Virus record (IMG/VR): IMGVR_UViG_3300030330_005258
Location: 1-64,000 of that record
Length of the DNA stretch: 64,000 nt
Reading direction: 5' to 3' (one strand)
Origin: a virus
Taxonomy: Duplodnaviria; Caudoviricetes
Shown: positions 17,820-26,448 of the stretch, in pieces
Layout: each line of letters begins with the position of its first letter
Numbering within the stretch: the stretch's first letter is position 1
Made by a program: the position numbers and the translations under genes
Notes under the pieces: model-generated
Database searches by the model: none
Told to the model about the DNA's origin: nothing
Seen by the model: the letters and a program-made list of their open reading frames with translations, nothing else

Positions 17820-17985
17820 TCTGGTAAGAAACAAATGGCACCCCGAAAAGGGTCAAGGAATCATCTTAGGTTGGACGACGTTTGATGCCCGCCCAATGGC
17901 GCGACTCTTTTGGTTTGAGAATAAAACAAGTTATGAAAAGTATCATCTTCGGCATCACTTGGAGGTAATCAGTGAAAGTGGGTGA
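17806..17985 (+). CDS. Small GDLV-family protein (not in ORF track)
   Basis: MKVGDLVRN...LEVISESG. Confidence 0.78.
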   Translation: MKVGDLVRNKWHPEKGQGIILGWTTFDARPMARLFWFENKTSYEKYHLRHHLEVISESG

Positions 17986-18181
17986 TTTGATCCAGTCCTC
18001 TGCTTTTGAGGGACAAAACGGCATCGTCATTGAAACTGACCACGAGAATGACCCTGATGGCTCTTGGTATCATATTGTGTGGTTCAAAGTAAATCGCAAC
18101 TATGGCAGCAGTTTTACAAAAGATTGGGCACGCCACGAATGGTGTCGCAGCCACGAGATTGAACCCCACGACATTTCGTGA
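17972..18181 (+). CDS. Small GDLV-family protein
   Basis: MKVGDLIQS; stop inside second GTGAC box. Confidence 0.8.
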   Translation: MKVGDLIQSSAFEGQNGIVIETDHENDPDGSWYHIVWFKVNRNYGSSFTKDWARHEWCRSHEIEPHDIS

Positions 18182-18211
18182 CTTGACGATCTGCGATCAC
18201 CGGCATACATT
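18168..18211 (+). promoter_or_regulatory. Boxed early promoter
   Basis: ACGACATTTCGTGAC-TTGACG-17-TACATT. Confidence 0.85.
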
Positions 18212-18235
18212 ACAAGAGTAAGAAGGAGAACGCCG

Positions 18236-18586
18236 ATGGGCTACCGGTCTGATGTCATCTTTGCCTGCACCGCTGACGCTGTGCCTGTCCTGCTCGCGGA
18301 GGCTGGCAAAAGCCCAGCCCTCAAAGAGTTGCTGTTTGCCGACGCTGACGAAAAGTTGCTTGGAGACTACGACGGCTATGGTTCCTACCTGTTTCGCTGG
18401 GAGTGTATCAAGTGGTATAATAGCTCCCCATGGGTTCAGGCTTTCGACCAGATGATCGACAAGATTGAAGAAAAGCTGGATCAGGAAGCATACCGGTGGG
18501 TCTGTATCGGTGAAGAGTTGGACGACGTGCAGACCAAGGGATGGGGCTTTGACCACATTTACGTGCGCCGGGAGATTGAATACTAA
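18236..18586 (+). CDS. Hypothetical phage protein
   Basis: MGYRSDV...KWY...IGEELDD; AAGGAG RBS. Confidence 0.75.
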   Translation: MGYRSDVIFACTADAVPVLLAEAGKSPALKELLFADADEKLLGDYDGYGSYLFRWECIKWYNSSPWVQAFDQMIDKIEEKLDQEAYRWVCIGEELDDVQTKGWGFDHIYVRREIEY

Positions 18587-18822
18587 TGGCCAACGGATAC
18601 CAAATGTTTGAAAAGCTGCATCCTGTCGGCGGTCTCTACCGCTGCAAGGATCCTTTTCCCGATGATCCTTGGAAGTTTGGCAAAGTCTATATTCTGACAA
18701 AGTGGGAAGTTCCCGAGGGTCTCTCAGAAAAGTCCCCTCTTCGCAACGCTTACTTTTTTGTTGATGGCAAGGAGCGTTGTGTTGATATTTCTTTCTTTCG
18801 CTATTTGGAGCAAGTAGAATGA
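18586..18822 (+). CDS. Hypothetical protein
   Basis: Coupled ORF. Confidence 0.65.
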   Translation: MANGYQMFEKLHPVGGLYRCKDPFPDDPWKFGKVYILTKWEVPEGLSEKSPLRNAYFFVDGKERCVDISFFRYLEQVE

Positions 18823-19043
18823 AAGTAGGTGATTTGGTGCGACATAACGGCGGTGGTGGAGAACCACCCGCTATTGGCATCATTGTTGGAAGACACCCAG
18901 AATATAACTGGTGGGAGGTTTTGGAACTTTGTGGCGAGTATGTCGGTATCACAGCAGAAGCCGATTCCGAGGGTGACGGCTGGTTCGTTATTTCAGAAAT
19001 GTCCTTGACAGATGACGATCGCCCGGATACATTACAGGAGTAA
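18819..19043 (+). CDS. Small GDLV-family protein
   Basis: MKVGDLVRH; runs through the next promoter. Confidence 0.75.
   Translation: MKVGDLVRHNGGGGEPPAIGIIVGRHPEYNWWEVLELCGEYVGITAEADSEGDGWFVISEMSLTDDDRPDTLQE
19005..19033 (+). promoter_or_regulatory. sigma70-type early promoter
   Basis: TTGACA-17-TACATT, then ACAGGAGTAAGGAGA. Confidence 0.85.
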
Positions 19044-19052
19044 GGAGAGAAA

Positions 19053-19733
19053 ATGAGCGAACTGACCGACCAGCAGATCTTCGACCGACTCGGTGGCATC
19101 AAGGGCTTGCCCACCTGCTCCCAGTGGGCAGAGGGCTTCGCGGATAGCATCCGAGACCAGATCAAGCGCGGACGGACGCTCTCCGAACGCCAGCGGGCAA
19201 CCTGCCGCAAGATTCTCAAAGAGAACAGCAAGGAGGCAAACCGCGAACTTGCCAACTGGGCAAACGAATACGAAATACATCACAAGAAGAAGGCTAAGCA
19301 GATTGCTACCTATTACAGCGTGCAGTCTGGTGGCTACTTTCGTGATCTGGTCAGAGTCATCCTCGCTGACGAAGTGCCCCCGCGTGGCAAGTATCTCAAA
19401 ATGCGTAACAACAAGTACGCAAAGAAGGTTCTTGCCGAGATTGAGCGCAAGCCTCGTTTTAGCACCGAAGATCACATCATCCCAAACTCCAAGTTTCAGG
19501 ATGGGTATTCCTTTAACGTCGCTATGATGTCGTCTCGGAATGGCAAGGGTTACGTCTCTGGCAACGAAAAGAGCAACTTTAAGGCTCGTGGCGGCGTTAT
19601 CATCGACGTTGATGACAAGATTCATTCTGCCGCCAAGGGGGCAAAGCGTTATCTTGTGCTGCCTTTTGGCTCTGCCGAGACTTACTGGGTAGAAGAACGC
19701 TTCTTGAAGAAGAAGGCAAAGGTGAAGAAGTGA
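19053..19733 (+). CDS. Hypothetical basic protein
   Basis: Follows promoter-RBS unit. Confidence 0.75.
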   Translation: MSELTDQQIFDRLGGIKGLPTCSQWAEGFADSIRDQIKRGRTLSERQRATCRKILKENSKEANRELANWANEYEIHHKKKAKQIATYYSVQSGGYFRDLVRVILADEVPPRGKYLKMRNNKYAKKVLAEIERKPRFSTEDHIIPNSKFQDGYSFNVAMMSSRNGKGYVSGNEKSNFKARGGVIIDVDDKIHSAAKGAKRYLVLPFGSAETYWVEERFLKKKAKVKK

Positions 19734-19830
19734 GAGTCACCCCAATCGTTCCCGTCATTCTTATTCCCAAGAAGACGGACAAAGTGGAAAATGACCCACA
19801 ACCTCGCAAGATCAAGAAAAGGGAGAAGAA

Positions 19831-20007
19831 ATGAAATGGACTGCCATTGTTGTCAACAGTGAAGGAGGATTTGACCATTCTTTTTCTTTTGTGAGTTCTC
19901 ACGCCAAAAGGGCTGCTTTTGAGGACGCACAGGAACAGACAGCACTTGAAGTGATCGCGATTGTCCCCGGCGATCATCCCGTCTACAACCCCGTTCTCGA
20001 CGTGTGA
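19831..20007 (+). CDS. Hypothetical protein (not in ORF track)
   Basis: GGGAG RBS; MKWTAIVV...; stop inside GTGAC box. Confidence 0.6.
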   Translation: MKWTAIVVNSEGGFDHSFSFVSSHAKRAAFEDAQEQTALEVIAIVPGDHPVYNPVLDV

Positions 20008-20046
20008 CATTTGGTGACTTGATCTTTCAACGGGATCGGTTACATT
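20004..20046 (+). promoter_or_regulatory. Boxed early promoter
   Basis: GTGACATTTGGTGAC-TTGATC-16-TACATT. Confidence 0.8.
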
Positions 20047-20067
20047 ACAAGAGAACAAGGAGAGCAC

Positions 20068-20895
20068 ATGCGCTGTAGCTACTGCCATCAACGCGGTCAC
20101 AACCGCCGCACCTGCCCGACCCTGACCGCACGGATGAAGGTGCGCCATGACGAACACATCGCGGCGGGACATACCGATACTTGGGCGATTCAAGAATACA
20201 AAGATCGTATCAACCCAAAAGGTACAAAGAAAGCCAACCAGCGATGTGGCTACTGTGGGGAATACGGACACACCCGCCGCAAGTGCGAAAAGCTCCAACA
20301 AGATATGGACTGGTACATTATGCACCACAATGTCTTGGTCAAAGTTGCCCACGACTACATCGTCCAGTCCCCTGTCGGCATCGGCTCTCTTTTTACCTCA
20401 ACAGATCAACGATGGATTGAGGGCGAGTACAAACAAATCAGGGAACACCTTGTTCTTACTGACTTTGAAGTACCAATGGACATCAAACAAGGTGAGTTTT
20501 CCATTCACGCCGTTCTCAAAAATGTCCAGAGTGGTTATAACCACAAGATGGACATTCGCCCCTACGTAAGAAATCCTGCCCACAAGGACAGGTGGGGATA
20601 CGCCCCACAGATGGTGGCTGCTTCTACTGGCATTGTGCCTTCTTCGTGGGTTGCCGACAACTTGGTAGATATTGCCAAGGCAAAGCAGTTGGGTTATTTC
20701 CGCCGCGTCGGCAGAAAGAACGACGACAGGCGAAGCTACCAGTTTGCCCGGAGAGACCAAGCAAAGAGATACCTTGAATCAGCCGGTGCGGACACGGGTT
20801 CGTGGCGATACAGAGAATACATAAGCGAACTGGAGAAACTTGATCCCAAGAACATTCGTGCCAAGATGTTTGAGGACTTCAAAAGTGGGGAGTAA
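20068..20895 (+). CDS. Protein with two CCHC zinc knuckles
   Basis: CSYCHQRGHNRRTC and CGYCGEYGHTRRKC. Confidence 0.8.
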   Translation: MRCSYCHQRGHNRRTCPTLTARMKVRHDEHIAAGHTDTWAIQEYKDRINPKGTKKANQRCGYCGEYGHTRRKCEKLQQDMDWYIMHHNVLVKVAHDYIVQSPVGIGSLFTSTDQRWIEGEYKQIREHLVLTDFEVPMDIKQGEFSIHAVLKNVQSGYNHKMDIRPYVRNPAHKDRWGYAPQMVAASTGIVPSSWVADNLVDIAKAKQLGYFRRVGRKNDDRRSYQFARRDQAKRYLESAGADTGSWRYREYISELEKLDPKNIRAKMFEDFKSGE

Positions 20896-20981
20896 GATCC
20901 GCGCTCTGGCTTTCGCCCCCTTGTATGCAGCAGGGTGGGCGATCGTCGCTGGTGCCGTTGTGATGCGTGCTCTCACGGTCG

Positions 20982-21034
20982 GTGACAAACCGAGACAAGA
21001 AAAGAGTGGCGAAGTTCCGCCACCGGGTTACATT
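20982..21034 (+). promoter_or_regulatory. Boxed early promoter, boxes shifted upstream
   Basis: GTGACAAACCGAGAC...GTGGCG-17-TACATT. Confidence 0.7.
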
Positions 21035-21056
21035 ACAGAAGCAACAGGGAGCCACG

Positions 21057-21311
21057 ATGGGCGCACGATTCACGATTGTCCTCGACACGGATGACCCACA
21101 GGGTCTTCGCGATGCCTTGGAGATCGCCACCATTCTGAACAGGAACCACGGCACTCTCGGTGGCAACCCTTCCGCCAAGGCAAAGATCGGAAAGATCGCA
21201 CTGATCAAGATGGTCCGAGAAGTGGCAAGGAACGTGGAAGAAGGAAAGTTGTCATCTTCTCTTCGTGACTCCAAGCGGTTCGTTGACGGAAAGTGGCAAC
21301 TTTTGCTGTGA
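21057..21311 (+). CDS. Protein with ribosomal bL12 (L7/L12) C-terminal-like motif
   Basis: KIALIKMVREVA...SLRDSKRFVD resembles the bL12 K..VIK.VR...GLKEAKDLVE pattern. Confidence 0.6.
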   Translation: MGARFTIVLDTDDPQGLRDALEIATILNRNHGTLGGNPSAKAKIGKIALIKMVREVARNVEEGKLSSSLRDSKRFVDGKWQLLL

Positions 21312-21350
21312 CATTTCGTGACTTGACAATCTGACCTGATCGGTTACATT
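21308..21350 (+). promoter_or_regulatory. Boxed early promoter
   Basis: GTGACATTTCGTGAC-TTGACA-16-TACATT. Confidence 0.85.
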
Positions 21351-21405
21351 ACAAGGGTGAGAGGGGCGATGGTCGCTCCCCCCGAAAGAAAATCAAAAAA
21401 ACTAC

Positions 21406-21433
21406 TTGACAACCGGACCCAACCGGTTATATT
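21406..21433 (+). promoter_or_regulatory. Tandem sigma70 promoter with A-tract
   Basis: TTGACA-16-TATATT. Confidence 0.8.
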
Positions 21434-21494
21434 ACAAGAGAACGGGCGGCGACTGCCCTCCAAATGTCGCACGAAGCCAGACCGGAGTTTTCAC

Positions 21495-22577
21495 ATGGCT
21501 TTCGATTTCGCAACCTTCCTTTCCACCGTCCCCGCCATCCTTGATGCGCGACTGCCGGTCCTTGTCCGTGGTCGCCACGGCGTCGGCAAGTCCGAGGTCG
21601 TCTACATGATCGCCAAGCAGCGCGGGCTTCCCGTTGTCGAGCGTCGTGCATCCCAGATGACCGAAGGCGATCTGCTCGGTCTGCCCGACACCGCCGACCT
21701 TTCCGATGGTCGCAAGGCTACGACGTGGAACGCTCCCGACTGGCTTGTGACAGCCTGCACCGAGCCCGTGGTCCTCTTTCTCGATGAGGTTGACCGGGCT
21801 ACGATGGAGGTCCGTCAGGGTCTCTTCGAGTTGACTGACAGCCGCAAGATCAACGGGTGGCACCTGCACCCTGAGACCCTGATCGTCGCTGCCGTCAACG
21901 GCGGTGAGCACGGCAGCCAGTACCAAGTGGGCGAGATGGACCCTGCCGAGCTTGACCGGTGGACCGTCTTCGATGTCGAGCCGTCCGTAGAAGACTGGCT
22001 GGGCTGGGCTTCTGGCAAGGTCGATGGTGTCCTGTGGGATTTCGTCAACGGCAACCGCCAGCACCTTGAGCATACCGACGACTACGAGCCGAACAAGGTC
22101 TACCCGTCGCGGCGCTCGTGGGTCCGGTTCGCTCGCACCGTCGAGCCGCTCGCCCTCTTCGCAGAAGACGGGAACCGCGATCTGCTGCTCAACCTCGCCA
22201 CCGGCTTCGTCGGGTTCGAGGCTGCCGTCGCCCTGCGCGATTTCGTCCAGAAGTACGAGTATCAGGTCAGCATCGAAGACCTGCTTGACCACGGCGCCTT
22301 CGACAAGATCGAGAAGTGGGGCATCAACGACCATGCTGCCATGGTCGAGAAGATGGAGCACGCCTCCACCTTCAGCGAGTCTCTGTCTGACACGCAGGTC
22401 ACCAACCTCGCGACGTGGTTCGTTACCATGCCCTCCGAGATCTGCATGAAGTTGTGGTCTGCCATCGGTGATGCCGAGGACGAGAACGGCACCAACGCCA
22501 TCCGTCTCCACAAGGCGTCCGCCGCCGATGGCACCCGTGTGAGCGAACACATGGTCAAGATCCTCCGTGGGTCCTGA
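21495..22577 (+). CDS. MoxR-like AAA+ ATPase
   Basis: Walker A GRHGVGKS, Walker B LFLDE, AAVN sensor, DPAELDRW, PSRRSW. Confidence 0.9.
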   Translation: MAFDFATFLSTVPAILDARLPVLVRGRHGVGKSEVVYMIAKQRGLPVVERRASQMTEGDLLGLPDTADLSDGRKATTWNAPDWLVTACTEPVVLFLDEVDRATMEVRQGLFELTDSRKINGWHLHPETLIVAAVNGGEHGSQYQVGEMDPAELDRWTVFDVEPSVEDWLGWASGKVDGVLWDFVNGNRQHLEHTDDYEPNKVYPSRRSWVRFARTVEPLALFAEDGNRDLLLNLATGFVGFEAAVALRDFVQKYEYQVSIEDLLDHGAFDKIEKWGINDHAAMVEKMEHASTFSESLSDTQVTNLATWFVTMPSEICMKLWSAIGDAEDENGTNAIRLHKASAADGTRVSEHMVKILRGS

Positions 22578-22579
22578 TC

Positions 22580-22786
22580 ATGGAGTCCGCCCTACGGGTC
22601 GGTGATCTGGTCACCCCTGCTCGTGTTCCTCCTGCTTTTCGTGAGAAGCACGGGTTTGGGGTGGTTACCAAGGTCCTCACCGAATCGCTGAACAAGAAGT
22701 ACACAACTTACGAAGTAAAGTTCGTAAAGTCCCTGAAAGCATTTCGGTTCAGTTACGATGCTCTGAGGCATTATGGCCAAGATTGA
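22580..22786 (+). CDS. Small GDLV-family protein
   Basis: LRVGDLVTP. Confidence 0.72.
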   Translation: MESALRVGDLVTPARVPPAFREKHGFGVVTKVLTESLNKKYTTYEVKFVKSLKAFRFSYDALRHYGQD

Positions 22787-23015
22787 CAAACTCAAAGAAG
22801 GTGATCTTGTTGTAAGCAGGGCAAACAAAAAGCCCTACATTGTGCTGGAGATCCAAAAATACCATAAAAGGGTATACGGCTCAGGTTCGCCCGGTTCCAT
22901 GCGTAAAAAGTTTTTACTACTTTTTCCAGATGGACGACAAAGGTGGAAGATTGACACCGCACTGAAAGTAGAGTATTATCTGCCCGGCGATCCGTGGTTC
23001 GATGACATTCGTTGA
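22773..23015 (+). CDS. Small GDLV-family protein
   Basis: LKEGDLVVS; stop inside box. Confidence 0.72.
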   Translation: MAKIDKLKEGDLVVSRANKKPYIVLEIQKYHKRVYGSGSPGSMRKKFLLLFPDGRQRWKIDTALKVEYYLPGDPWFDDIR

Positions 23016-23055
23016 CAAAAAACCGCTTGCCTGTCTCCGGGTGAGCGGTTACATT
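23002..23055 (+). promoter_or_regulatory. Boxed early promoter, boxes shifted upstream
   Basis: ATGACATTCGTTGAC...TTGCCT-17-TACATT. Confidence 0.75.
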
Positions 23056-23074
23056 ACAAGAGTAAGGAGAGAAC

Positions 23075-24301
23075 ATGCCTGACAAGCCTTTCGACCTCAA
23101 CCTCCACACGGCGCGTCTGCTCATGCGCGAGCCGTTCTTCGCCGCCCTGTCTCGCCGGATTGACAAGATCCGTACCGACAGCGTGCCGACTGCTGGCGTC
23201 CGTGTCAACCCCACCAGCGCCCAGTTTGAGTTGTTCTACAACCCCAAGTTCATGGGTGCTTTGAAGGACGAGCACAAGTTGGGTGTTTTGATGCACGAGT
23301 TCTATCACATTGTTTTCGAGCATGTGACGACTCGCAAGCCAGAAGGCGGCATCAGGCGCATCGACAACATCGCGATGGACCTTGCGATCAATGGTCTTTC
23401 CGAGATGTCTGGAAAGTTGCCCTGTGAGGCTGATCCCGGTCCCGTGCTCACCGAGGGCGGCGAGCCGATGAAGGGCTGTTTGCCCGGTGAGGGCAAGTTT
23501 GCCCATCTTCCTGCCAATATGACTTACGAGTGGTATCTCGCTGAGTTGGAAAAGATGGAAGAAGAGGCGCAACAGAACGGCGAAGGCTCTCCGTTCGGCG
23601 AGGATGACGACTTCGATGTCCACGAGGGTTTCGGCGAGGGCGGTGGCAACGCACAAGCCAACGAGATCGCCAAGGAGCGCATCAAGGAAGCGATCCGCAA
23701 GGCAGCAGAAGAAGCCGACAAGGCTGGTTCATGGGGCTCTGTGTCCTCTGCTATGCGGAAGACCATCAAGGAGCGGTTGGCTACCAAAGTTGACTGGAAG
23801 AAGATGCTTCGCTACTTTGTGCGTACTTCCCAGCGTGCAGACAAGAGGTCTACTCCGCGTCGTCTCAACAAGCGGTTTCCAAAGATTCATCCCGGTAAGC
23901 GTGTCCGCCGTCAGGCAAAGATCGCTATTTCCATCGACCAGTCTGGTTCTGTGGATGATGGGATGCTCGCTGCGTTCTACTCCGAGTTGGACAACCTCGC
24001 ACAGTTTGCCGAGTTTACGGTGATCCCGTTTGATACCGAGGTCGCCACCGACAAGGTGTATGTGTGGAAGAAGGGCGAGCGCCGCAAGGCTGAACGTGTC
24101 CTGCATGGCGGAACCTGCTTCGATGCTCCTACCAAGTTTGTCAATGATGGCAAGTTTGACGGGCACATCGTTCTGACCGACATGATGGCACCCAAGCCTA
24201 TTGCCTCAAAGTGCCAGCGTATGTGGATGACTACCGCAGAATACGCGCGTAACCCGTACTTCACCACTTCCGAGGTCGTGGTGTCCATTGACCGCAAGTG
24301 A
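23075..24301 (+). CDS. DUF2201-type metallopeptidase plus vWA-like protein
   Basis: GVLMHEFYH (HExxH), NIAMDLAIN, IDQSGSV, GGTCF, LTD. Confidence 0.88.
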   Translation: MPDKPFDLNLHTARLLMREPFFAALSRRIDKIRTDSVPTAGVRVNPTSAQFELFYNPKFMGALKDEHKLGVLMHEFYHIVFEHVTTRKPEGGIRRIDNIAMDLAINGLSEMSGKLPCEADPGPVLTEGGEPMKGCLPGEGKFAHLPANMTYEWYLAELEKMEEEAQQNGEGSPFGEDDDFDVHEGFGEGGGNAQANEIAKERIKEAIRKAAEEADKAGSWGSVSSAMRKTIKERLATKVDWKKMLRYFVRTSQRADKRSTPRRLNKRFPKIHPGKRVRRQAKIAISIDQSGSVDDGMLAAFYSELDNLAQFAEFTVIPFDTEVATDKVYVWKKGERRKAERVLHGGTCFDAPTKFVNDGKFDGHIVLTDMMAPKPIASKCQRMWMTTAEYARNPYFTTSEVVVSIDRK

Positions 24302-24351
24302 CAAACGGTGACAGGATCGGGGTGGCGCAAGTCGCCCCGGTCGGTTACATT
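24298..24351 (+). promoter_or_regulatory. Boxed early promoter, boxes shifted upstream
   Basis: GTGACAAACGGTGAC, weak -35, CGGT-TACATT-ACAGGAGTAAGGAGA. Confidence 0.75.
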
Positions 24352-24370
24352 ACAGGAGTAAGGAGAGAAG

Positions 24371-24595
24371 ATGACACCTGACGCCCTGCCCATCGGCTCG
24401 ATTGTCCGTTGTGACTACTACGGGCGCGGTATCATCATCGACGCCTCGCCGGGTCACCCGTCCGGCACCATGTTGTACCACGTTCGGTGGGACAAGTCGA
24501 TCGAATGGAAAGAGTCCCCAAACTACAAGGCTGAAATCTACCAGTCTTGTTGGGTTGACGACATTGACGTTGAAATCATTTCGGAGGCAAAATGA
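24371..24595 (+). CDS. Small GDLV-family protein
   Basis: LPIGSIVRC...VEIISEAK. Confidence 0.72.
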   Translation: MTPDALPIGSIVRCDYYGRGIIIDASPGHPSGTMLYHVRWDKSIEWKESPNYKAEIYQSCWVDDIDVEIISEAK

Positions 24596-24702
24596 AGCCC
24601 ACACACTTCTGTCGTCATTGTGGATGCCACGGCTGGTCTCCTCGCTGGTTTTCCGGTCGCTGCCCAAAGTGCGGTGCTTCCACTCCTCCCAAGAAATGGT
24701 GA
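24592..24702 (+). CDS. 36-aa RadA/Sms-type C4 zinc ribbon (not in ORF track)
   Basis: GGAGG RBS; MKPTHFCRHCGCHGWSPRWFSGRCPKCGASTPPKKW. Confidence 0.65.
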   Translation: MKPTHFCRHCGCHGWSPRWFSGRCPKCGASTPPKKW

Positions 24703-24706
24703 ACAA

Positions 24707-24907
24707 GTGACTGACGAAGAAAGAATCCTAAATGCTTTTGTCAAGCACTGGGGACTTACTTTGGAGGAGGCCCAAGAAGAGTTGGCAAAAGCAAAGGCGG
24801 ACGCCAAGAAGAAGGCAGAACGCCGAGAGGCTGAAAAGCAGTCACTTTGGAGCACCGACAAGGATTGGGACTACTACCCGACCCTCCCAGAAAAGAAGGA
24901 ACAATGA
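24707..24907 (+). CDS. Hypothetical helical protein
   Basis: GTG start; start position uncertain. Confidence 0.5.
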   Translation: MTDEERILNAFVKHWGLTLEEAQEELAKAKADAKKKAERREAEKQSLWSTDKDWDYYPTLPEKKEQ

Positions 24908-25095
24908 AGCACCCTTTCCAAGTTGGTGATCTTGTGCGGAGCCGAAACAACCGCACAAACTTCGCCATCGTCACAAAAGCACGTAAAAACTGCAAAGACC
25001 TCTATGTTGACGTGGTTTGGCTCCGCGCCGGAGCGCCCACCGCATCGTGGTATTGCTTCAGCAGATTCACCCTTGTTTCGAGAGCAGAACAATGA
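24904..25095 (+). CDS. Small GDLV-family protein
   Basis: MKHPFQVGDLVRS...LVSRAEQ. Confidence 0.75.
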   Translation: MKHPFQVGDLVRSRNNRTNFAIVTKARKNCKDLYVDVVWLRAGAPTASWYCFSRFTLVSRAEQ

Positions 25096-25280
25096 AAGAA
25101 GGAACACTCGTCCAGCACCCTTCTCGGGGTAAAGCCTTTGTGACCGAGATTCTGGAGGCTAACGCTTTTGAGCCCATTCGAGTCCGCTGGTTGAATGCCT
25201 ACACTCACGTAACAGGCAAAAAAGTAACAACTTCCGTCATCTGGCAACACGAAATCACCATCATTTCAGAAGGAGAGTAA
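25092..25280 (+). CDS. Small GDLV-family protein
   Basis: MKEGTLVQH...TIISEGE. Confidence 0.72.
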   Translation: MKEGTLVQHPSRGKAFVTEILEANAFEPIRVRWLNAYTHVTGKKVTTSVIWQHEITIISEGE

Positions 25281-25281
25281 A

Positions 25282-25473
25282 ATGAGACCCATTTTCAAGA
25301 CCATCGCAAAAGACATCATTGTCCTGTCCGCACAGGCTGTAGCGTTTCGGCTGGCAGCACCGCAGGATCAGCAGCAGGACGTGATCTTCGCTGCCGTCCC
25401 TACCAAGGGACCGCCGACGATCAAGGCGCTTCCCGGCGAGAATCAGCCACAGGCGCGCAAGGTCGGATTCTGA
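25282..25473 (+). CDS. Hypothetical protein
   Basis: AAGGAG RBS; stop at box. Confidence 0.6.
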   Translation: MRPIFKTIAKDIIVLSAQAVAFRLAAPQDQQQDVIFAAVPTKGPPTIKALPGENQPQARKVGF

Positions 25474-25514
25474 GACATTTCGTTACTTGACTTTTTCGCC
25501 TAAGCGGTTACATT
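25472..25514 (+). promoter_or_regulatory. Boxed early promoter
   Basis: GAGACATTTCGTTAC-TTGACT-16-TACATT. Confidence 0.8.
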
Positions 25515-25536
25515 ACAAGAGTACCAAGGAGGCATC

Positions 25537-25692
25537 ATGCCAGAACTCGACACCAAGATCCACCGCACCGCTGAAACCCTTGATCGCCTGATGGCTGCCC
25601 TTGTGGCTGCTGGCACGGCAAAGATGGACCCAACCGCAGGGCAAGCGATCCTGCTTCTCTTCTGCGCTGGTCAGGAACCAGCAGAAGCATGA
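25537..25692 (+). CDS. Hypothetical protein (not in ORF track)
   Basis: AAGGAGG RBS; MPELDTKIHR... Confidence 0.65.
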   Translation: MPELDTKIHRTAETLDRLMAALVAAGTAKMDPTAGQAILLLFCAGQEPAEA

Positions 25693-25805
25693 AACTGACC
25701 GAGAAACAGCAGCAGCAGGTCTTTGTTATCGTTTTGTGCCTCGATGGACTTGTTTGCTGTATTCTGGCAGCGGCACTTTTCAACTACTTTGGATGGACAC
25801 TGTGA
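25689..25805 (+). CDS. Small membrane protein (not in ORF track)
   Basis: ATGA overlap; single TM. Confidence 0.55.
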   Translation: MKLTEKQQQQVFVIVLCLDGLVCCILAAALFNYFGWTL

Positions 25806-25819
25806 AAGATACCAAGAAG

Positions 25820-26005
25820 ATGAGCACCTATGACGCTGTGATGATTGCCGAGGGAGTCTATGAAGGCGACACCGCCCAGATGCAAGAAGCGTGGCAGATT
25901 CTCGTGGATACGGGTCTCGCATGGTCCCTACAAGGTTGGTTCGGTCGCGAGGCTACCCGCCTGATCGAAGCCGGCGTCATTCAGCCCTTTCCGCGCCCCT
26001 CCTGA
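25820..26005 (+). CDS. Hypothetical phage protein
   Basis: AWQILVDTGLAWSLQGWFGREATRLIEAG; start uncertain. Confidence 0.65.
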   Translation: MSTYDAVMIAEGVYEGDTAQMQEAWQILVDTGLAWSLQGWFGREATRLIEAGVIQPFPRPS

Positions 26006-26029
26006 CTATTTAGTCAAAAGGAGCCCTCG

Positions 26030-26173
26030 ATGGCAAAACGCACCAAAACGAAGAAGCCAAAACGTCGCAACATTATCGCTGTTGCGGCTCGTTCGCGTTC
26101 TGGTGCTGGTCGCCATCCTGACCGGAAGAAAAGGGCCAACAAGCGAGCCTGCCGAGGAAAGGTGCCAGAATGA
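26030..26173 (+). CDS. 47-aa very basic protein (not in ORF track)
   Basis: ACTATTTA at 26005, AAGGAG RBS; MAKRTKTKKPKRRNIIAVAARSRSGAGRHPDRKKRANK... Confidence 0.7.
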   Translation: MAKRTKTKKPKRRNIIAVAARSRSGAGRHPDRKKRANKRACRGKVPE

Positions 26174-26448
26174 CGAAACGAGTGACTTTGCAGCCCGGCG
26201 ATCTTGTCTGCTACAATGTAGGAGGCGCAAAAGAGACCAGTTTGGCTCACGTTGTGGAGGTTCGGCACCCAAAGCAGCGCCAAACGCTTGCTCTCATTGC
26301 CGGTGATATGGAAGACCGACAAGGCTCCATTTTCGTCCTCTGGATCAAAGTGGGTGAATACAAGCCCCGCTCGTGGGATTACGACGTAAAGCCGGGAAAG
26401 GTGGTAAAACACCCCTATACATCTGCTTTTGAAAAGGTGCGAGAATGA
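26170..26448 (+). CDS. GDLV-family protein
   Basis: LQPGDLVCY. Confidence 0.7.
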   Translation: MTKRVTLQPGDLVCYNVGGAKETSLAHVVEVRHPKQRQTLALIAGDMEDRQGSIFVLWIKVGEYKPRSWDYDVKPGKVVKHPYTSAFEKVRE

